Notes under the pieces: model-generated
The model's input: the letters and a program-made list of their open reading frames with translations, nothing else
Told to the model about the DNA's origin: nothing
Database searches by the model: none
Shown: piece after piece, positions 60,347-64,000 of the stretch
How positions within the stretch are numbered: position 1 is the first letter of the stretch
Layout: each line of letters opens with the position of its first letter
Position numbers and translations under genes: made by a program
Assembly: GCA_965248755.1 (NCBI GenBank)
Contig: OZ252149.1
Span: 978,295-1,042,294, forward strand
Reading direction: 5' to 3'
DNA length: 64,000 nucleotides
Origin: Candidatus Latescibacterota bacterium
GTDB taxonomy: Bacteria > Latescibacterota > CBDEFO01

Positions 60347-61259
60347 TATAGTGTGTCCTCTCAGGTTTGAGGGTCAAGATCAGGACACCCCCCACAATTC
60401 CCGGCGCTGCGACATCTATAAGGAACAGCATAAAGGCAGCGTTAAAAGCGTAGACGCCCTCCACGTTAAAGTTGGAAAGCAGCAGCACAGACACGGCCTC
60501 CCTGACTCCCAGATCTACAAAAGTTATGGGGAAAAGGCTCTTTATCACAAATATGGAGGGTATCACAGACGCAGCGGCTTTCAGCGATATATCTGTAAAG
60601 GAGAGAACCAAGAGATAAAATTGCGCAAAAAACGTGAGGTTGAAAAGAACGGACAAGATCAGGATATATAAGATTCTCCTGTTGTTCAGCACGTTAAAGC
60701 TCTCCAGAAGTGGATATATCTTCTCCTTGAAGGGCAAATTTGGGAATTTTTCCTTTAGCTTGTCCCCCAGGCGATCAACGTTGAAGCATCCCCACGTCAT
60801 GACGCTGATAACCGCAAGTCCCGGCAGGACGATAAGATAGGGATAGAGCAGGAAAAGGCCCAATATCGCCGCTATAAGAGTCACGGCAAAGGACGAGAGC
60901 TTATCAATAAGGGCAAGTCCCGCTATTCTGGCCGGACTTTGATCCTTTATACACAAGCCCCGCATAAGCTCCCCCGACCTTGCCGGCGACACAGCCCCCA
61001 AGGACATGCCGACAAATAGAGAAGAAACTATCTCCGCAACTGTCACATTGGGCTTGAGGGTCTTGGCTAAATATCCCCACTTTAAGAGCTGAATCAACAG
61101 ATTAGGGATCAAAAGAAGAGCCGCCCAACCTAATAGACCTGTATCCATGTTTCTCAACACGGATACGATCTCAGATGGACGGACCTTGAAGACGATGAGA
61201 GCCAGAATTCCTATTGATGCTGCGATCTTGAGAGCTGTAAAATAGCGCCTTGGGATCAT
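60333..61259 (-). CDS. polytopic membrane protein, UPF0104 / lysyl-phosphatidylglycerol-synthase-TM (flippase-like) family
   Basis: 308 aa, ~8 TM helices, pattern typical of LPG_synthase_TM domain proteins; overlaps BMC-P paralog 1 start by 14 nt. Confidence 0.5.
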   Translation of the reverse strand: MIPRRYFTALKIAASIGILALIVFKVRPSEIVSVLRNMDTGLLGWAALLLIPNLLIQLLKWGYLAKTLKPNVTVAEIVSSLFVGMSLGAVSPARSGELMRGLCIKDQSPARIAGLALIDKLSSFAVTLIAAILGLFLLYPYLIVLPGLAVISVMTWGCFNVDRLGDKLKEKFPNLPFKEKIYPLLESFNVLNNRRILYILILSVLFNLTFFAQFYLLVLSFTDISLKAAASVIPSIFVIKSLFPITFVDLGVREAVSVLLLSNFNVEGVYAFNAAFMLFLIDVAAPGIVGGVLILTLKPERTHYSEDR

Positions 61260-61262
61260 ATC

Positions 61263-61733
61263 CTACTCTTTCTTCTCCTCTTTTTCTTCCTTCTCAGGCT
61301 CTTTGACGCCCTTTACCTTCTGCTCCAACTTCTCGATCTCCTTCTGTATATCGGATCTAAGCCTCTGCTCCCTTTCCTTCAGCAGCTTCTCCCTAAAAAC
61401 ATCCGCCTCAGACTTTGCAGCCGGCGTTATAATAGCCGACTTTACCCCCAATTTGATCTTTAGCAGATCCTGGGAACTTTCCAACTTCAGCACATCTGAC
61501 TCAGCCCTGGCCGCAGTCAATCTCTCCTTCAGTTCCTTATTTTCCGACTGCAGACGCTCTATTTCTCCTTCCAGCTCAGCTATCTTCTCCTTGAGAGTCC
61601 TCTTCTTTATCTGTGTCCTTTCCACTTCCGCTGTCAGGTCATCTACCCTCTTGTTCAGAGCCGCAGAACTCCCGCATCCGGCCAGCATAGAGAAAATCAG
61701 AGCAATTGACATCAAGTTCAGTGCTTTTATCAT
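61263..61733 (-). CDS. coiled-coil lipoprotein
   Basis: Lipobox ..FSMLAGCGSS; long heptad-rich K/E sequence; KEEKEEKKE tail. Confidence 0.5.
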   Translation of the reverse strand: MIKALNLMSIALIFSMLAGCGSSAALNKRVDDLTAEVERTQIKKRTLKEKIAELEGEIERLQSENKELKERLTAARAESDVLKLESSQDLLKIKLGVKSAIITPAAKSEADVFREKLLKEREQRLRSDIQKEIEKLEQKVKGVKEPEKEEKEEKKE

Positions 61734-62017
61734 ACGGATTCATCACCTTCCTGCATTACATCTATTCTGTCCACGATCCCTACCACAGCCGCGTCCACAG
61801 GCCCGTAGACGTTCGGGAGAGCGTGCGTAGCGTCCCGGCTCGTCACGTAAAAGACCGTCTCCTTATAGTCCGCACCCACCATATCCACAGCCACCAATGG
61901 CTCCTCGACCTCCTCGCGCCGATGATTCAACGGCTGGACGATCCTCAGCTTGATGCCCTCTAAATTAGGGTCTTTCCGCGTGGCTACGACCGAGCCTATT
62001 ACTTTTCCTAAGCGCAT
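61730..62017 (-). CDS. EutN/CcmL/PduN-family BMC vertex (BMC-P) protein, paralog 2
   Basis: MRLGKVIGSVVATRKDPNLEGIKLRIVQPL..AVDMVGADYKETVFYVTSRDA..VDAAVVGIVDRIDV; 4-nt overlap (ATGA) with the lipoprotein gene. Confidence 0.85.
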   Translation of the reverse strand: MRLGKVIGSVVATRKDPNLEGIKLRIVQPLNHRREEVEEPLVAVDMVGADYKETVFYVTSRDATHALPNVYGPVDAAVVGIVDRIDVMQEGDESV

Positions 62018-62109
62018 TGAATTGAATTATCCTCCAGACTATCGAAGGCAATTTTAGTCAAACGTAGTGAGCCGTAAAGCCCGTGTTATATGAAGTCGCC
62101 TCGTTCCTG

Positions 62110-62424
62110 TTATTTTAGTTTTACCGCGGTCCCATAAACCAGCAATTCTGACATATTCGAAGCAATCATGCTGGTAACAAAGCGCACATTCACGATAGCA
62201 TCTGCACCCAGCTTATCTCCTTCTTCAACCATACGCTTGAACGCCTCTTCGCGAGCCTCAATAAGGAGATGTGTGTATTGGCCAATCTCGCCGCCAATGA
62301 TGCTCTTTAAGCCAGCGAGAATATCTCTACCAATATGCTTTGCCCGTACCGTATTGCCACGAACAACGTCCAATATTTCTGCAATGTCTCTGCCGGGAAC
62401 TGTTTCTGTGTTCGTTACAATCAT
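62110..62424 (-). CDS. ybjQ: YbjQ/UPF0145 (DUF74) family protein
   Basis: MIVTNTETVPGRDIAEILDVVRGNTVRAKHIGRDILAGLKSIIGGEIGQYTHLLIEAREEAFKRMVEEGDKLGADAIVNVRF.. matches the UPF0145 family throughout. Confidence 0.8.
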   Translation of the reverse strand: MIVTNTETVPGRDIAEILDVVRGNTVRAKHIGRDILAGLKSIIGGEIGQYTHLLIEAREEAFKRMVEEGDKLGADAIVNVRFVTSMIASNMSELLVYGTAVKLK

Positions 62425-62610
62425 TTTCCCGTCTCCTTGTGGGCCGCACCGACCATGTCCACGGCAACCAGAGGCTCTTCGATCTTGTCACCCCTATGAT
62501 TTAGAGGCTGAGACTATCTTCAGCTTGATGCCCTCTAAATTAGGGTCTTTCCGCGTGGCTACGACAGAGCCTATTACTTTTCCCAAGCGCATTGGATTGA
62601 ATTATCCTCC
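62425..62610 (-). pseudogene. truncated, frameshifted duplicate of the 5' end (+ upstream ~60 bp) of BMC-P paralog 2, fused in front of ybjQ
   Basis: 62500-62610 about 90% identical to 61940-62045. Minus-strand translation MRLGKVIGSVVATRKDPNLEGIKLKIVSASKS* then shifted ..GDKIEEPLVAVDMVGAAHKETGK* whose TGA overlaps the ybjQ ATG. Confidence 0.65.
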
Positions 62611-62660
62611 AGACTACCCGTTTATAAATTGGAGAACGTTCAGATGGAAGGAGTTGAACA

Positions 62661-63191
62661 CTACGATGTGTTACCTGAAGATGATCCTCTTATCCTGTGC
62701 CCGTAGGCCAACCCCATCAGGAAACGACCATCTTTCAATAGGTAGACACCAACCCCAAGAAGTATGTATCCAGGCACAATGTAAGACCACAACTGCATCT
62801 GAAAAGAAGGATTGAGCATTATCCTCATAATCCCCTGTCCCACAATCTGAGGGATCGAGAAGGCAACACAGACAGCGCCGATAACTTTCAACGCAAACTG
62901 GAACATATCCTGACTCTTAGAGAGATCATTCAATCCTCTTATATCAATCTCTTCATCGGAGGAGACAAATTTTGCGGTCAGCGGATCCGCATATCTAAAA
63001 AGCAGACAGGCTGCGACAAGGCTCAGAATAAAAGCTGACGCTTGAGATGCGATATTGGGCCACTGGGAGGGTTCATGAGACAGGAGTTGCGCCATACTCC
63101 AGCCAATCATCGGTACATAAACAATGGCGTGGATCCCCAACAGTAAGGCAATAAGTCTCATACTGAGAGATAATATAGCGGACGCTTTCAT
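62661..63191 (-). CDS. hypothetical membrane protein (4-5 TM)
   Basis: Hydrophobic segments; no assignable domain. Confidence 0.35.
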   Translation of the reverse strand: MKASAILSLSMRLIALLLGIHAIVYVPMIGWSMAQLLSHEPSQWPNIASQASAFILSLVAACLLFRYADPLTAKFVSSDEEIDIRGLNDLSKSQDMFQFALKVIGAVCVAFSIPQIVGQGIMRIMLNPSFQMQLWSYIVPGYILLGVGVYLLKDGRFLMGLAYGHRIRGSSSGNTS

Positions 63192-63261
63192 CTAATTCTT
63201 CCTGCTTAAATAGATTCAGAATTAAATAGATTCAGATAACTTGCTAATACCCATTCAGACT

Positions 63262-63840
63262 TCAGTCACTCCAGCTCCCCATAGATAGAAACTCCTGTAA
63301 TTGCTTCTGTAGTTCGTCCAAAGAGACTTGTATCTGTTCGATCTCCTTCTGGGGAGCGCCCTTGAGCTTCAGATTCTCCAGTTTTAACTCAAGAATTTCG
63401 TTCTGGCTAATATAACCATATCCTCTTATCGTTGTCATAAGATTTGGGAAACCTATATGTTGTACTTCCCAGCCTAAATCCCTTTTGAATCGCTTCAGAT
63501 CTTTGCCCTTAACTTTAAAGATGATAACCTGATCATCGGAAATCTTGTTAAAGTGAAGCTTATTGGGATGATTAAGATTGCTGTTTTCTCCAAGCAGATT
63601 GGTAAAACCAGCGAAGTTCTTCAGGGTAGTACCTACCCTTTCAACTTTCTCTCTAAAGTTTGTGAAACTGAATCTCTTATCATCTGCCTTTAACTTCGAC
63701 CATTCATCCTCTCCGGATACAGAATTTTCTGGCATGAGCAGTATCACGACCAGAGACAGTAAACAGCTAAAACAGCGTACGAACCACATAGCAACCTCAT
63801 TAGGCGATGCCCATGACGCATTATGATCGTACTTTCTCAA
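63262..63840 (-). CDS. hypothetical protein (N-terminal TM/signal, coiled-coil C-terminus)
   Basis: No assignable domain. Confidence 0.35.
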   Translation of the reverse strand: MRKYDHNASWASPNEVAMWFVRCFSCLLSLVVILLMPENSVSGEDEWSKLKADDKRFSFTNFREKVERVGTTLKNFAGFTNLLGENSNLNHPNKLHFNKISDDQVIIFKVKGKDLKRFKRDLGWEVQHIGFPNLMTTIRGYGYISQNEILELKLENLKLKGAPQKEIEQIQVSLDELQKQLQEFLSMGSWSD

Positions 63841-64000
63841 ATAATCCTAAAATAATCCACAAGCGTGCACCGCCTCTGCCTTGTGAACGTGCGGGGCGAA
63901 GTTAAGCCTTCACCCGTCGGACCTGCTATCGAAAACGAAAGGTGCCCTTCGCCGCCCACTCCAAGACCCGCTATCGAAGGCCCGTTCTTCACAAAGATGG

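Noticed and set aside
59297-62610. Looked for BMC-H (PF00936-type, ~90-100 aa, ..ALG.IET.G..) or BMC-T shell genes and aldehyde dehydrogenase/PduL near the EutN paralogs
   Set aside because: No ORF in the six-frame track between 55000 and 64000 has the BMC-H signature or resembles aldehyde dehydrogenase. Hence the locus is reported as vertex-only rather than as a complete microcompartment locus.

Overview
The window reads as a chromosomal segment of an uncultivated bacterium with about 50% GC and a type IX secretion system (T9SS). It encodes a PorU-PorV pair and at least six proteins with T9SS C-terminal sorting domains (CTD). Coding is dense and mostly on the minus strand. The main blocks, in order: a partial IS3-family insertion sequence at the left edge; an iron-related cluster (porin-like outer-membrane protein, FeoA-like, DtxR/MntR); a family III CoA-transferase; an ECF S-component, alanine racemase and a creatininase-family gene; a diverged tandem duplication of a two-gene secreted module (small CTD protein plus a CBM9-like/TPR protein) with a decaying copy; a peptide ABC transporter fragment (substrate-binding protein plus one permease); the conserved rnc-fabF-acpP-fabG-fabD-fabH-plsX-rpmF-[Mrr-like insertion]-yceD-ndk block; two large secreted metalloprotease-like CTD/outer-membrane proteins next to porU-porV; hrcA(CIRCE)-grpE-dnaJ-prmA-rsmE; and a compact operon with two EutN/CcmL microcompartment vertex paralogs, a class II aldolase, a membrane protein, a lipoprotein and ybjQ, with no hexameric shell gene in the window. 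Nearly every intergenic region carries members of a modular family of short palindromic/MITE-like repeats in three modules: 'GTCATTGCGAG..GAAGCAATCTC', the 'CCCCCGATTGAATCTATCGGGGG' hairpin, and 'TAGACAGCA..CAGGG' inverted units. No rRNA, tRNA or CRISPR was recognised.
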